Made by a program: the position numbers and the translations under genes
Origin: Patescibacteria group bacterium
GTDB taxonomy: Bacteria > Patescibacteriota > Patescibacteriia > Veblenbacterales > UBA10138
Direction: 5' to 3'
DNA length: 64,000 nucleotides
Assembly (NCBI GenBank): GCA_041648575.1
Contig: JBAZOT010000003.1
Location: 14,895-78,894, forward strand
Notes under the pieces: generated by a model
What the model was told of the DNA's origin: nothing
What the model saw: only the letters and a program-made list of their open reading frames with translations
Database searches by the model: none
Shown: positions 41,450 through 51,779 of the stretch, piece after piece
How positions within the stretch are numbered: the first letter of the stretch is position 1
How the letters are laid out: every line of letters starts with the position of its first letter

Positions 41450-42358
41450 TTATGAATTAAAAATATTATAAAAATAATGATATTGGTCTGCGATGCTATC
41501 TATTGCTTGCTGGTCAGTAAGTTTATTATTCAAATATTGCTTTAATGATTCTAAAAAAATAGTACGACCAATGGCAAAACCAATAACGCCAGTGATCCCC
41601 TTACCAGCCATTAGCCACCTTTCCATATTTTGCGGATTTTCTCCCCTACCTAAAATAATTAAATTAACATTATCCCGTCCACCAGCTTTAATTTGTTTAA
41701 TCGTTGTTTGATAATGATCTGATTTAGTCATGCCCTCAATTTTCCAAACATCTGGCTCTACTCCAGCAGTTTGTAATTCAGCTATCATTTTTACTACCAA
41801 AGAAGGGCGAATTTCTTGATCATATTTATTAATATCACCAGCTTGTGCTAATTGTTCCGCTGTTGCCGGCACTAAAGTTTCAATTAAAAATTTATAACCG
41901 CTCTTATGGCACCAATCACTAAACTCTTTTAATTTTTTTTGCTGCCGCAAATTTGATTCTTGATCACCCCGCGGATTGTAGCGAATTAAAGCTTTAATAA
42001 AAGTTGGCTGATATTTTTCTATATGTTGATCAAATTCCTTACCGTATTCTAGAGTAAATTCTGTTTGTCCACTTTTTTCTACTGACAAACAAACTAAATA
42101 ACCAGCGTGCTTAGCTTCGTGTAATATTTTATCGCAAAACTGTTCATCTACCAAAATCGCAGCTCGTTCTTTCGGCACTAAATTACTTTCTATCGCTTTA
42201 ACAAAACCCTGATAAATTAGATGTTTTAAATCACAAATCTTATGTGAATCTTCATTACCTAACTCACCACTAATATGCAGTAAATCACGAATAAACGAAG
42301 ACCGATGGTCAAAAGCCAAGATAAACAAGGGTTTAGTATAACCTAAATTTGCTACCAT
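41450..42358 (-). CDS. Class I aldolase-like TIM-barrel protein (DUF2090/LacD-like)
   Basis: LAFDHR N-terminal motif. Adjacent to the PGI/PMI gene. Confidence 0.35.
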   Translation of the reverse strand: MVANLGYTKPLFILAFDHRSSFIRDLLHISGELGNEDSHKICDLKHLIYQGFVKAIESNLVPKERAAILVDEQFCDKILHEAKHAGYLVCLSVEKSGQTEFTLEYGKEFDQHIEKYQPTFIKALIRYNPRGDQESNLRQQKKLKEFSDWCHKSGYKFLIETLVPATAEQLAQAGDINKYDQEIRPSLVVKMIAELQTAGVEPDVWKIEGMTKSDHYQTTIKQIKAGGRDNVNLIILGRGENPQNMERWLMAGKGITGVIGFAIGRTIFLESLKQYLNNKLTDQQAIDSIADQYHYFYNIFNS

Positions 42359-42411
42359 AGTTAAAGTTTACCAAGTTTTACTGATAAATTAAACCCGCCG
42401 TTACCTTGTAT

Positions 42412-43095
42412 CTATTGTTCTTTAAATTCATCCAAGCAAGTTTCCAAATCTGGGGTTTTGGTCCAACCACATTGGTTATCTTCCTGGCGCTCGCAAACCG
42501 CCCGAGTATAACACACGTATTCGGGTTTAAAGTCGCAAGTCGTAATAACTTCTTCATCAGCGCAAATCTGTTTACTACAACCAGTTATAATACACGGTTT
42601 GGTGAGTAGTTGATTATCTTCACCAAATAATACCGGGATATTAATTTGTGCGTCGTACTCTGGTAAACCAGAAGGATTGTCTTTTTGTAAAACCAAAACC
42701 CCAGCATCGCTAGATGGTTTGGTAAAAGTTAAACTGGCAACAAATGGCACAAAATTTTCTGTCATCCAATCACTTTGCGCTTGGGCAATACCTTGGGCTA
42801 ATATATTTCCTTGGTCATCTAAAAGTCTAATCGGAAACGATGCTTCAAAAAACCAGGTTCCGCGCGCCTCTCCAGTAACTTGTAACGGACTGGCTACTAA
42901 CTGCTGCTTCTGCGGTTTAACAACTTTAATTAAATTCTCAACTTCTTGATCAACATCAACTGGACTATTGTTAACTATAGGCGAATTATTATTTAAGTTA
43001 TCACTGGTCTCAAACTGCTGCCAAATTATAAATCCCATCCAACCCAAAGCTAAAATGATTACCAGACTGATTATTATTCTTATAATTTTAGTCAT
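42412..43095 (-). CDS. Secreted protein with Gmad2-like Ig domain and C-terminal Cys-rich region
   Basis: Signal/anchor sequence. GEARGTWFFEASFPIRLLDDQGNIL motif. 8 Cys residues in the last 60 aa. Confidence 0.5.
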   Translation of the reverse strand: MTKIIRIIISLVIILALGWMGFIIWQQFETSDNLNNNSPIVNNSPVDVDQEVENLIKVVKPQKQQLVASPLQVTGEARGTWFFEASFPIRLLDDQGNILAQGIAQAQSDWMTENFVPFVASLTFTKPSSDAGVLVLQKDNPSGLPEYDAQINIPVLFGEDNQLLTKPCIITGCSKQICADEEVITTCDFKPEYVCYTRAVCERQEDNQCGWTKTPDLETCLDEFKEQ

Positions 43096-43103
43096 AGATT
43101 TTG

Positions 43104-43592
43104 TTATGGTTGTAAAATATCTTCAGTACGTCCGTCAATAGAAATTATAACTTGTTTAAGTTCTGGAAATTGTTGCAGAGTGCTAATAATTTGCTGACGA
43201 ATATTGGTCACTCGGCAAGAACCGCCGACTTGATACTCTAACTGTTGATTAAAATCAACGCGTACTACACACTGTTCAATGATAAAATTTTGAATAACTA
43301 CTCCTTGATTAATACTAGTAAAATAACCTTGTTCTTTCTCGTCATCGGTTGGACCAATTAGTAGACTTTCCAGGACTACTTGCTCTTTATTAATAATGGA
43401 TACCTGCCTTAAAACTGGAAAAACCTTAGTACAGTCTAGTGCTTGTGGATCAAGCTTGCTATTGCCAAAAAATAATTCCACTGTATTCATTTGCTCTAGT
43501 GGCGCTTTGGCTTCTTGAATAGTTAATATAAAAAATATTAATGCTATGATTAAAAACAGTACAATAATCAACAATACATAACGGCGGGTCAT
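43104..43592 (-). CDS. GerMN domain protein (membrane-anchored)
   Basis: LLIGPTDDEKEQGYFTSI...VRVDFN...GGS...QIISTLQQFPELKQVIISIDG matches the GerMN pattern. Confidence 0.6.
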   Translation of the reverse strand: MTRRYVLLIIVLFLIIALIFFILTIQEAKAPLEQMNTVELFFGNSKLDPQALDCTKVFPVLRQVSIINKEQVVLESLLIGPTDDEKEQGYFTSINQGVVIQNFIIEQCVVRVDFNQQLEYQVGGSCRVTNIRQQIISTLQQFPELKQVIISIDGRTEDILQP

Positions 43593-43598
43593 AAAATA

Positions 43599-44177
43599 TT
43601 AATTGATTTCTAATAATTCAATTTCAAAAATAAGTGTGGCTTTGGCGGGTATCGCTCCATTGCCCACGCCTTGATCACCATAAGCAAGGTTAGAGGGAAT
43701 AATCAATTTGCGCTGTTCGCCTGGCTTCATTCCCACTAATCCCTGATCCCAACCCTTAATAACTTGCCCCTCGCCAAGGGAAAACACAAATGGTTCACCA
43801 CGATCCCGACTGGAATCAAATTTTGTACCATTGGTAAGCCAACCGGTATAGTGGACTGCTAGCTCGTCGCCTGTTACTGCTTCGCGCCCCTGGCCTGGTT
43901 TAATTATTTCAATTAACAAATTATCTGACTGACTAGTAGCAGTATTAGTTGGTAAATTTGTTCCTGTATTTCCAGATGATTCTTCGGTTGTTTTTAAACT
44001 ATCCCTAAATTCAATGGCCTGCTCATTGTTATTATTAATAATTTCCATATCATTATTCTTAAAAAAAATAAAATAAATTCCAATCAAAACTGCTAAACCA
44101 ACTAAAGTGCCAATAATTATGCCAATTGTCTGACTGGTATAAGTACGCTCACTTCTATTAGATAAATCTAGATACAT
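43599..44177 (-). CDS. FKBP-type peptidyl-prolyl cis-trans isomerase (membrane-anchored)
   Basis: [16 protein letters not shown]...[27 protein letters not shown] is a canonical FKBP domain. Confidence 0.85.
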   Translation of the reverse strand: MYLDLSNRSERTYTSQTIGIIIGTLVGLAVLIGIYFIFFKNNDMEIINNNNEQAIEFRDSLKTTEESSGNTGTNLPTNTATSQSDNLLIEIIKPGQGREAVTGDELAVHYTGWLTNGTKFDSSRDRGEPFVFSLGEGQVIKGWDQGLVGMKPGEQRKLIIPSNLAYGDQGVGNGAIPAKATLIFEIELLEIN

Positions 44178-44201
44178 AAGATGAAACTATTTTAATATTT
44201 A

Positions 44202-44816
44202 CTACTTTACATTCTGGTTATTAAATCGCCGATTAATGATTTCTATTTGTTGCTTTAATAAATTATCATCAGTTACCAGTTTTATTTTCTCTTGTTTAAG
44301 AGCAGGTGGTAATTTATCAAATTTCTCTACTATATTTTTGATGGTAACTAACTGTTCGTGATTATAACTCTGCTCATTAATTTTACTTTGCTTGTTAATA
44401 TAAGGCCAGATTTCCTCTAATGCTTCGTGTTCAGCAATAATTCTAGTTAAGGTTTTCTCCCGACTAGTGGCTAATTGGTAATGTTTTTGATCATACCATG
44501 ATACGCTAATGCCTTGCTTATATAACAACTCTCCCAGTTGAACTAAATAAGAGGCTACATTATGACTTTCTTTTAAATCATGCGAACGCTGTTGGTCTTG
44601 ATCATCTAGTAAAATGCTAAATTCCCATTCTAATTGATGTAACATACTAGTGCATAAACCCTCCATAACTGCATGATACTGCGATTTTTCAAATTTTTCA
44701 GTAATATTATTTTCAAAATCACCCAAACGATCAATGATTTTTTCATCAAAATTAGATAATTGTTCTGTAACTAATTCTGGATTTTTTTCACTGGTGGTTA
44801 ATGTCTCGCGAAACAT
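44202..44816 (-). CDS. Hypothetical protein
   Basis: ORF of consistent composition. No recognisable motifs. Confidence 0.4.
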   Translation of the reverse strand: MFRETLTTSEKNPELVTEQLSNFDEKIIDRLGDFENNITEKFEKSQYHAVMEGLCTSMLHQLEWEFSILLDDQDQQRSHDLKESHNVASYLVQLGELLYKQGISVSWYDQKHYQLATSREKTLTRIIAEHEALEEIWPYINKQSKINEQSYNHEQLVTIKNIVEKFDKLPPALKQEKIKLVTDDNLLKQQIEIINRRFNNQNVK

Positions 44817-44819
44817 AAA

Positions 44820-47393
44820 TTATAATTTACTGGCTTTTTCTACCCTCACCACGCTCCCCGGCTCTAGCACTACCACATCTCTACGGGTCAATTTACCAGT
44901 TAATAAATAATTTGCCAAAGCATTATCAACTTTATCTTGAATTACCCGTTGCAAAGGTCGTGCTCCGTATAATGGATCAAATCCTTCGCGTGCTAATTCT
45001 TCAATTGCCGTTGCTGAAGCTTGCAAAGTTATTCCTTTGGTTAATAAATTTCGCGCCAATTTATCTAGCAATAATTTAGTTATAGCAATTACGTTTTGAA
45101 AATCTAACGGTTTAAAAACTACCACGCCATCAAATCTATTAATCAATTCCGGTCTAAAATACTGTTTTAATTCATTTTGTAATAAGTATTGATGAATTTG
45201 TATAATGGTCTTGCCTTGACGCATGCTGTCCTGAATAAATTGCGTGCCAGCATTAGAAGTGGCAATGATAATCGTGTTAGTGAAATCAACAGTTCGTCCA
45301 GTTGAATCAGTTAACCGACCGTCATCGAATAACTGTAAAAAGACATTTAAAATATCAGGATGAGACTTTTCAAATTCATCAAGTAAAATTAAAGCGTAGG
45401 GAGCTTGCCTTACTGCTTCGGTTAAGTAACCAGCTTCCCGACCCATCCCTGGCGGCGCGCCTATTAGTCGATAAATGCTCTCGGCAGTTTGATATTCTGA
45501 CATATCCAAACGAATCATCTTGTTTTCGCCGCCAAAATATTCAGCTGCCACGGTTTTTGCTAATTCTGTTTTACCAACACCTGTCGGGCCTAAAAATAAA
45601 AAAGTGGCAATTGGCCGTGATGCTGTCCGTAACTCAACGCGTGCCCGCCTTAAAGCTGCTGCCACCAACCGCACAGCTTCGTCTTGGCCAATAATGCGCT
45701 GATGTAAAATATCCTCCAAATTAAGCAACCTTTCGCCCTCGGCCTTGCTGATTTTGGTAACTGGCACATTTACTTTTCCCGACACCAGTTGAGCAATATC
45801 TTCAGCGGTAATAGTTGTATTCTCTTTATTTTTTTGCCTGACAAATACTGCAGCTTCTTCACAAATCTTAATGGCTTTCTCTGGTAAAAAACGATCAGGA
45901 ATAAAACGCCGTGATAAATCCACCGCTTGTGCTAAGGCCCCATAAGAAAAATAAACTTTATGCTGATATTCAAGCTGCCCCACTGTTGCCTCTAAAATTT
46001 GTATGGCCACATCGTTTGTTGGCTCTTCTATTTTTACTTTTTCCAAAGCATTACCCAAAGAAGTACGATCCAAATAACTGCGCTGGTCGCTGGGGGTAGT
46101 AGACGCTAAAGTAATAATCCCTGACTTACCAATAAAATTGGCGATCATTTCTGACACATCTAAATTTTCCTTGCCACCAGTACTTTGACCCACTAAATTA
46201 TGAATGTCATCAATATATAAAATAATATTGCTAGCTCGCGATATCTCATTCATGATTTGCAGTAACTTATGTTCAACTTCATTAGCATTGTTAGCGCCGC
46301 CAACTAATGCGGGTACTGATAACTGAATCAATTTTTTGTCTTTCATTGTCTCTGGTACTTCTTCGGCCACCATAGCTTGGGCAATACCCTCGACAATTGC
46401 TGTTTTACCGACGCCCGATTCACCAACTAAAACCACGCTGGAATGACCACCTTCAATAATGCGGAAAATTTCCTGAATTTCCTTATCGCGTCCAATACAA
46501 GGCTTCAGATATCCATGAGCTGCCAAATAGGTTAATTCATGACTAATTTGATCTAATAAAGGCGTAGCTACGGCTAAATAGGCTCGATCTAAAGCATGGC
46601 GCGGGCGCCAGGCTGCTTTTCGCGCACGACGCGATACTTCTTGCCGTAAACGGCGCCTAACAGCAAACCAAATAGTAATATTTTCTATCATCACTGGTTC
46701 AATAGCCAACTCATCTAAAACTTCCCGCGCTAAAGATTCATTTTTAGCTATGGCTAAAAGCATTTCTCCAACTTCAACTTGCTGACTTCGCTGGACTAAA
46801 GCCAATTCAGTCGCCTTAACAAAAATTCCTTGCACTGAATTGCTTAATTGTGGATTAGTACCAGTGGTTACTTTAGTCAACGCGTTTGATAAAGTATTAA
46901 ATAACTTATCTGGATCAACACCTAATCTGGAAAAAACCGCTTGTCCACTTCTGGTTTTTAAAGAGGCAGCCAATAAATGAATTTCCTTAATTTCATTATG
47001 CGAAAATTTATGGGCATATCGAAACGCCTCTTCCAGTAACTGCCAAACTTCGGGTGACAAATAATTCTCAACTTTAATAGCTTGATCTTTAGCGTCAATT
47101 AAAATTTTATGAGCAGTCCGTTCCTGTTCTAAGCGATAAAAAGTATAACCAAAAAAGAAAACTGCCAACCAAAATAATCGATGTAGCTCGGCTGGCGGCA
47201 TAATTGACTCCCACCAAAATCCTCCTTGTTCAATAAATAAAAATAATCGCCAGAAATAAAATACCAAAAAAATTATCGCTAACAACAATGAACAACCACC
47301 CACTAAGCGATACATTAACTGGCGAAATTTGCGCGCCAATAACGACGGTAAAGTTGGTTTTATTGTCCAGGCAATGACCGACATTTTAAACAA
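44820..47393 (-). CDS. ClpC/ClpA-like AAA+ ATPase (two AAA modules) with N-terminal transmembrane extension
   Basis: Clp_N repeat. Walker A GESGVGKT and GPTGVGKT. Sensor and arginine-finger regions. The first ~90 aa contain two predicted TM helices, which is unusual for ClpC. Confidence 0.85.
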   Translation of the reverse strand: MFKMSVIAWTIKPTLPSLLARKFRQLMYRLVGGCSLLLAIIFLVFYFWRLFLFIEQGGFWWESIMPPAELHRLFWLAVFFFGYTFYRLEQERTAHKILIDAKDQAIKVENYLSPEVWQLLEEAFRYAHKFSHNEIKEIHLLAASLKTRSGQAVFSRLGVDPDKLFNTLSNALTKVTTGTNPQLSNSVQGIFVKATELALVQRSQQVEVGEMLLAIAKNESLAREVLDELAIEPVMIENITIWFAVRRRLRQEVSRRARKAAWRPRHALDRAYLAVATPLLDQISHELTYLAAHGYLKPCIGRDKEIQEIFRIIEGGHSSVVLVGESGVGKTAIVEGIAQAMVAEEVPETMKDKKLIQLSVPALVGGANNANEVEHKLLQIMNEISRASNIILYIDDIHNLVGQSTGGKENLDVSEMIANFIGKSGIITLASTTPSDQRSYLDRTSLGNALEKVKIEEPTNDVAIQILEATVGQLEYQHKVYFSYGALAQAVDLSRRFIPDRFLPEKAIKICEEAAVFVRQKNKENTTITAEDIAQLVSGKVNVPVTKISKAEGERLLNLEDILHQRIIGQDEAVRLVAAALRRARVELRTASRPIATFLFLGPTGVGKTELAKTVAAEYFGGENKMIRLDMSEYQTAESIYRLIGAPPGMGREAGYLTEAVRQAPYALILLDEFEKSHPDILNVFLQLFDDGRLTDSTGRTVDFTNTIIIATSNAGTQFIQDSMRQGKTIIQIHQYLLQNELKQYFRPELINRFDGVVVFKPLDFQNVIAITKLLLDKLARNLLTKGITLQASATAIEELAREGFDPLYGARPLQRVIQDKVDNALANYLLTGKLTRRDVVVLEPGSVVRVEKASKL

Positions 47394-47736
47394 AAATTAA
47401 AATTAATGACACTGGTAACAATGCCAGCCAAATTAAAAAAATCGCCGTGTACCACAACACCCAAAAAACCAAACGAATAAATTTATAGATCACCAAAACC
47501 GTGCGCATCAATAAACTAATGGCGCGCCCCGAAATGGTGTAATCGCCATACATTGGCTTAAAAAAGTATTTTAAAAATAACCCCAGAGCCAACCGTTCCC
47601 AGGTATTATGAAGACTTTCTAAGCAATACTGGCCAACCATTTTTAACCCACCAGTATACCACCACCAAGGGAACCGCCACAGGTCGCCAATAACATTTAA
47701 AGCTAATTTACTAACTTCTTCCCGCGCATATGTCAT
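47386..47736 (-). CDS. Hypothetical small membrane protein
   Basis: Hydrophobic, Trp-rich. Overlaps the clp start by 8 nt. Confidence 0.35.
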   Translation of the reverse strand: MTYAREEVSKLALNVIGDLWRFPWWWYTGGLKMVGQYCLESLHNTWERLALGLFLKYFFKPMYGDYTISGRAISLLMRTVLVIYKFIRLVFWVLWYTAIFLIWLALLPVSLILIFV

Positions 47737-47789
47737 ACGCTTATATTATACTTTATTTTATGCAGGGAGAAAAGAAAATATCTTTGCTT

Positions 47790-48920
47790 CTATAACTTAC
47801 CTTTTTTAATAGCTAAACGAATAATCTTCATCAATTCCAAATAAAAATGCAGATTGTGAATAGTGGCCAGGCGCAAGGCCAGGGTTTCTTGGATATCAAA
47901 CAAATGTCTTAAATAAGCGCGGGTGGTTTTTAATTGGGCGCAGGTAAAACACAAACAACCTTGCTCCAAAATAGAAAAATCTTTTTTATAAACCGCGCTT
48001 TTAATATTTATTGCTTCATAAAACTTTTTACCGCTGGCTAGTAATTTTACTTTATCCTGCTGGCCTGATTTTAACCACAGATAAATTCGTCCATGCCGCG
48101 CCTCTCGAGTCGGAATTACACAATCAAAACAATCCACTCCTCGCTTTACCGCCTCCACAATATTTTCTGGATACCCCACGCCCATTAAATAATGTAATTT
48201 ATCCTGCGGCAATAACGGAACAGTATAATCTAAAACTTGGTACATTTGTTTTGGTTCTTCGCCAACAGCTAATCCACCAATAGCATAACCATCAAAGGGT
48301 AATTGTTTTAATTCTCCGCAACTTTGCTGACGCAAATCTTTAAAAACTGAACCTTGAGCAATTCCAAACAATGCCTGACCCGGTTTTTTAATTTTTGGCC
48401 AATACTTTATTGCTTGCTTAGCCCATGATGAAGTTCGCTCTACTGCCGCACCTGCTTCTTGCTTAGTACAAGGATAACCAACACATTCATCTAACACCAT
48501 TACTATATCTGATCCTAATTCAACTTGTATGGCTAAAGCTAATTTAGGAGTTAAAAAATATTTATTACCATTTTCCGGTACTCTAAATTCCACTCCATCT
48601 GGTTTTACTTTACGTACCTTACTTAAACTAAAAACTTGAAACCCGCCTGAATCAGTTAAAACTGGACCTGACCAACCCATAAATTTATGCAAACCACCGG
48701 CCTGGCGAATAACCTCACGTCCAGGCTTTAGCCATAAATGATAGGTGTTAGACAAAATAATTTGGGCACCCAGCGCCTTAATATCTGCCACAGACAAACT
48801 CTTTACTGCCCCACGGGTAGCAATTGGTAAAAAAAACGGCGTTTCGATTTTACCGTGCCGAGTTTTAAAAACCCCAACCCGGGCTTGACTTTTAGGTGAC
48901 TTTTGTTCTAAAGTAAACAC
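47790..48920 (-). CDS. tgt: Queuine tRNA-ribosyltransferase
   Basis: LTDSGGFQVFSL and Zn-site CxCxxC...H motifs. Confidence 0.9.
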   Translation of the reverse strand: MFTLEQKSPKSQARVGVFKTRHGKIETPFFLPIATRGAVKSLSVADIKALGAQIILSNTYHLWLKPGREVIRQAGGLHKFMGWSGPVLTDSGGFQVFSLSKVRKVKPDGVEFRVPENGNKYFLTPKLALAIQVELGSDIVMVLDECVGYPCTKQEAGAAVERTSSWAKQAIKYWPKIKKPGQALFGIAQGSVFKDLRQQSCGELKQLPFDGYAIGGLAVGEEPKQMYQVLDYTVPLLPQDKLHYLMGVGYPENIVEAVKRGVDCFDCVIPTREARHGRIYLWLKSGQQDKVKLLASGKKFYEAINIKSAVYKKDFSILEQGCLCFTCAQLKTTRAYLRHLFDIQETLALRLATIHNLHFYLELMKIIRLAIKKGKL

Positions 48921-48974
48921 AATTAAAAAATATCACAAATCAAATCAAATTAAAAATAAAAGGAGGGTAATGTC

Positions 48975-49721
48975 TTGTTCCTTAATAAAATGTTAATAAA
49001 GGCAGAGATTATAGCCTCTGTGATAATAAGGGTAAAAGATATAACAATAGATTATATTATTGATCCATTTGTTCCGATTCAAACAAATCGCCGTAAAATC
49101 AGAAACGCCTTAGTTTCTTTTGCAAAATATCTATCACGTCCGCTATCGGAAAAAGTTGACTTGTGGATTGAGCAAGATATAATCTCAACCGCTAATATTA
49201 TCTCCCTAAGCAGGGCACTAATGGCTGGCCCGCTATTCTTAATATTTACCCATTTTGACTTGGGTATTACCTACCAAATGGGACCCTTGATATGGGCTTT
49301 CGTTTCTGACTATATAGATGGAGTTTTAGCTAGAAAAATGTCTCAGGTGACTGATTTAGGCGCTGGATTAGATGCGGCTTGCGACAAAATATTTGCCTTT
49401 TTTGTTGCAATATCTTATTTAGATCAACTTTTTTACTCGCCGTTCAACGCCGTGGCGTTTATAATATTAGATGGATTCCTGCTAACTTTAGGTATTATGT
49501 TGTATTTAGCCAGAAAAAAAGGACATTATCAAGGTAAGGCCGAAGTTAGAGCTAATTGGTTAGGTAAAATTAAATTCAACCTTCAAGCTGGAGCATGTTT
49601 CTGTTGGATGAATTACTGGACAACAGAGGGCCACTACTTTTTACTTGGCGCCAATTTGTTTGCACTTGGTAGCCTGATACGGCACCTTTCTCCTAAAATA
49701 AAAAATAATGAGACCGGATAA
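48975..49721 (+). CDS. CDP-alcohol phosphatidyltransferase family protein
   Basis: DYIDGVLARKMSQVTDLGAGLDAACDKIF matches D-x2-DG-x2-AR-x8-G-x3-D-x3-D. GGAGGG SD 7 nt before the TTG start at 48975. Confidence 0.7.
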   Translation: MFLNKMLIKAEIIASVIIRVKDITIDYIIDPFVPIQTNRRKIRNALVSFAKYLSRPLSEKVDLWIEQDIISTANIISLSRALMAGPLFLIFTHFDLGITYQMGPLIWAFVSDYIDGVLARKMSQVTDLGAGLDAACDKIFAFFVAISYLDQLFYSPFNAVAFIILDGFLLTLGIMLYLARKKGHYQGKAEVRANWLGKIKFNLQAGACFCWMNYWTTEGHYFLLGANLFALGSLIRHLSPKIKNNETG

Positions 49722-49739
49722 GCAACTTCTGGTCTTTTT

Positions 49740-51632
49740 TTATCTAACAACCACTCCTTTGCCTTGCGCGCCTAAATCATTATCCAGTTCTGTGGTAACT
49801 AATTTATCTGTAGCAATTAAATCTGCACCGCTATAAGCATCCCGAGCTGTGGCAGTGGTGGTTTTTACCAACACTAAAATTTTATCCGCATCTTGCTCTG
49901 CCGGTGTAATAGCTACTTCAAAAGACGCTTCTGGTTTATCAAATTTAAACCCTACGCCCGCAGGCAGACGATTTAATTCCCAACGCACTTCGCGAGTATT
50001 GGGATTATATGTTAATGGCTGGCCATGCGATACTGTCGTTTGTCCGGTCCAGGTTACATCTTGGGGTAAAGTAGTAGTAACTTCAACGTTGCTAGCCTCA
50101 TTAATAGTATTGGCTAATCTCCAAAAAATATTATAAGTGGTAGTGTTGCCTACTCGCGGCGGCAACTGTCCCGAGCCAATTTTTATCAACTGATCTGTGT
50201 AATACCTACCTTCTGTTTGAACTAATAATTGTGTATTAATCTTGGTAATTATAATATTTGATTCAGTAGTAACCGGCTGTAATTTACCACCAATCAATTG
50301 CTCGGCACTCGCCTTAACGCTGGTATTAAAACTATAAGGCGACATATTGTTAGGAGCAACACTTACAACTTTCAAGCGAAAATTAATACTGCCTTTGGTA
50401 CCAGGAGCAACTCTAGCTAAACTGGGCAACTCATTTTTTGTCCAAACCACTGCGTTTTCTGTCTCTTTAACATTAGTTGGCGTATCTGTTTGCCAAGAGG
50501 TCCAATCTAATAACTCGGAATTTAATTTGGTCTCTAACACTAAATTAGTTAAAGCAATTTCCCCTTCATTAGCATAACGCAATTCAAAATCAATTTGTTC
50601 CCCCCAATCAGCATAGCTTTTTAAAACTACCTGATTCGCAGTTAATGACAATGTTAAATGAGACTCAATTAACGTTACAGATATTTTCTTTTCTTCTTGA
50701 ATAGTAAAAGTATTATCGTCATTAATCACACCAATGGCTACAGAAAAATCCTGAATACCAGCACTAGCTGAAGTGGTAAACCTGCCGGTAAATTCCAGCT
50801 CGCCAACACTTTTGGCAGATAGGTCATCCAATTTCCATAAATTTATTTCGCCAATTACTGATTCTAATTTTGGAAGATCCAATTCGAAGCCGCTGGGGCT
50901 AATGAATTTTAATGCTAAATTCGGCAACGCCGCAGTAGAAGTATTATTATACTTAATTTTTAATGCCAAATCTTGATCAAAAGGTAATTGTGCAGGAGCT
51001 TCTAAATCTATGGTTACTACCGAAGCAATTAATTCTGTGGAAAAAACTGTCGTCTTGGCAAACTGTGCTTTAAAATTTTCCGGCTCATATGTAAAAACCG
51101 CGGCCATTTCCTTAATCTCGCCAACCTCACCAACCATTTGCCCGGTTATTACCAACTCTCCACTACCTTTGGCGTCAACTTGACCTAAGAGAAATCTAGT
51201 CTTGGCTTCATCATCAGCTGGTTTACTGGTTTCAGTTACGACAAAACCAGTCGGATAGCGAAAATTAACTTCCAAAAAATTTAAACCAACTCCCTGATCA
51301 TTATTCCAAGACAAAGTATAATTAATCATTTGCCCCGATGGCGCACTGACTGGACCAGATAATTTCACCTTAACCGCTTCTTCGCCAAATTTTGTATTCT
51401 GACCACTAAAAAAAACAAACCAAATGCCACCGACAATAATTACCACTAATAAAGTGGTCGTTAACCATAACCAACCACGCTGACGTGAAGCTTTTTTTCT
51501 TAGCACGCGAAAATCTTCAGGTGGATCTTGGCGATACATGCGCGCCAATTCACGCTCGGCAACTTCTGCAGTTAAAGGTGTTTTTTTTGATTTTGATAAA
51601 GTATCAAGAGGTGGCCTAGAAATATTAGACAT
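49740..51632 (-). CDS. Large membrane-anchored surface protein with repeated beta-rich domains
   Basis: N-terminal cytoplasmic tail, one TM helix, then ~550 aa of extracellular T/S/N/V-rich repeated domains. The ATG at 51632 (MSNISRPPL) is preferred over the TTG at 51644. Confidence 0.6.
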   Translation of the reverse strand: MSNISRPPLDTLSKSKKTPLTAEVAERELARMYRQDPPEDFRVLRKKASRQRGWLWLTTTLLVVIIVGGIWFVFFSGQNTKFGEEAVKVKLSGPVSAPSGQMINYTLSWNNDQGVGLNFLEVNFRYPTGFVVTETSKPADDEAKTRFLLGQVDAKGSGELVITGQMVGEVGEIKEMAAVFTYEPENFKAQFAKTTVFSTELIASVVTIDLEAPAQLPFDQDLALKIKYNNTSTAALPNLALKFISPSGFELDLPKLESVIGEINLWKLDDLSAKSVGELEFTGRFTTSASAGIQDFSVAIGVINDDNTFTIQEEKKISVTLIESHLTLSLTANQVVLKSYADWGEQIDFELRYANEGEIALTNLVLETKLNSELLDWTSWQTDTPTNVKETENAVVWTKNELPSLARVAPGTKGSINFRLKVVSVAPNNMSPYSFNTSVKASAEQLIGGKLQPVTTESNIIITKINTQLLVQTEGRYYTDQLIKIGSGQLPPRVGNTTTYNIFWRLANTINEASNVEVTTTLPQDVTWTGQTTVSHGQPLTYNPNTREVRWELNRLPAGVGFKFDKPEASFEVAITPAEQDADKILVLVKTTTATARDAYSGADLIATDKLVTTELDNDLGAQGKGVVVR

Positions 51633-51779
51633 ACCCAGTAACAAAAACTTGACCTGCTAAAAATTAAGCGAGTCGAGATAATTAATAATAAAAGTTGGTT
51701 GGTTTATAAAAGCTGACATAAATTGATAATATAGATGATTTTTACCAGAGCTTAAGTCAAGTTTTGTTACTAGGCATAT
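51633..51779. repeat. ~147-bp intergenic element with terminal inverted repeats (copy 2), filling the recO / surface-protein spacer
   Basis: The 40-nt left end and 25-nt right end are nearly identical to the copy at 6333..6482. The middle is ~75% similar over its alignable length. Confidence 0.6.
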
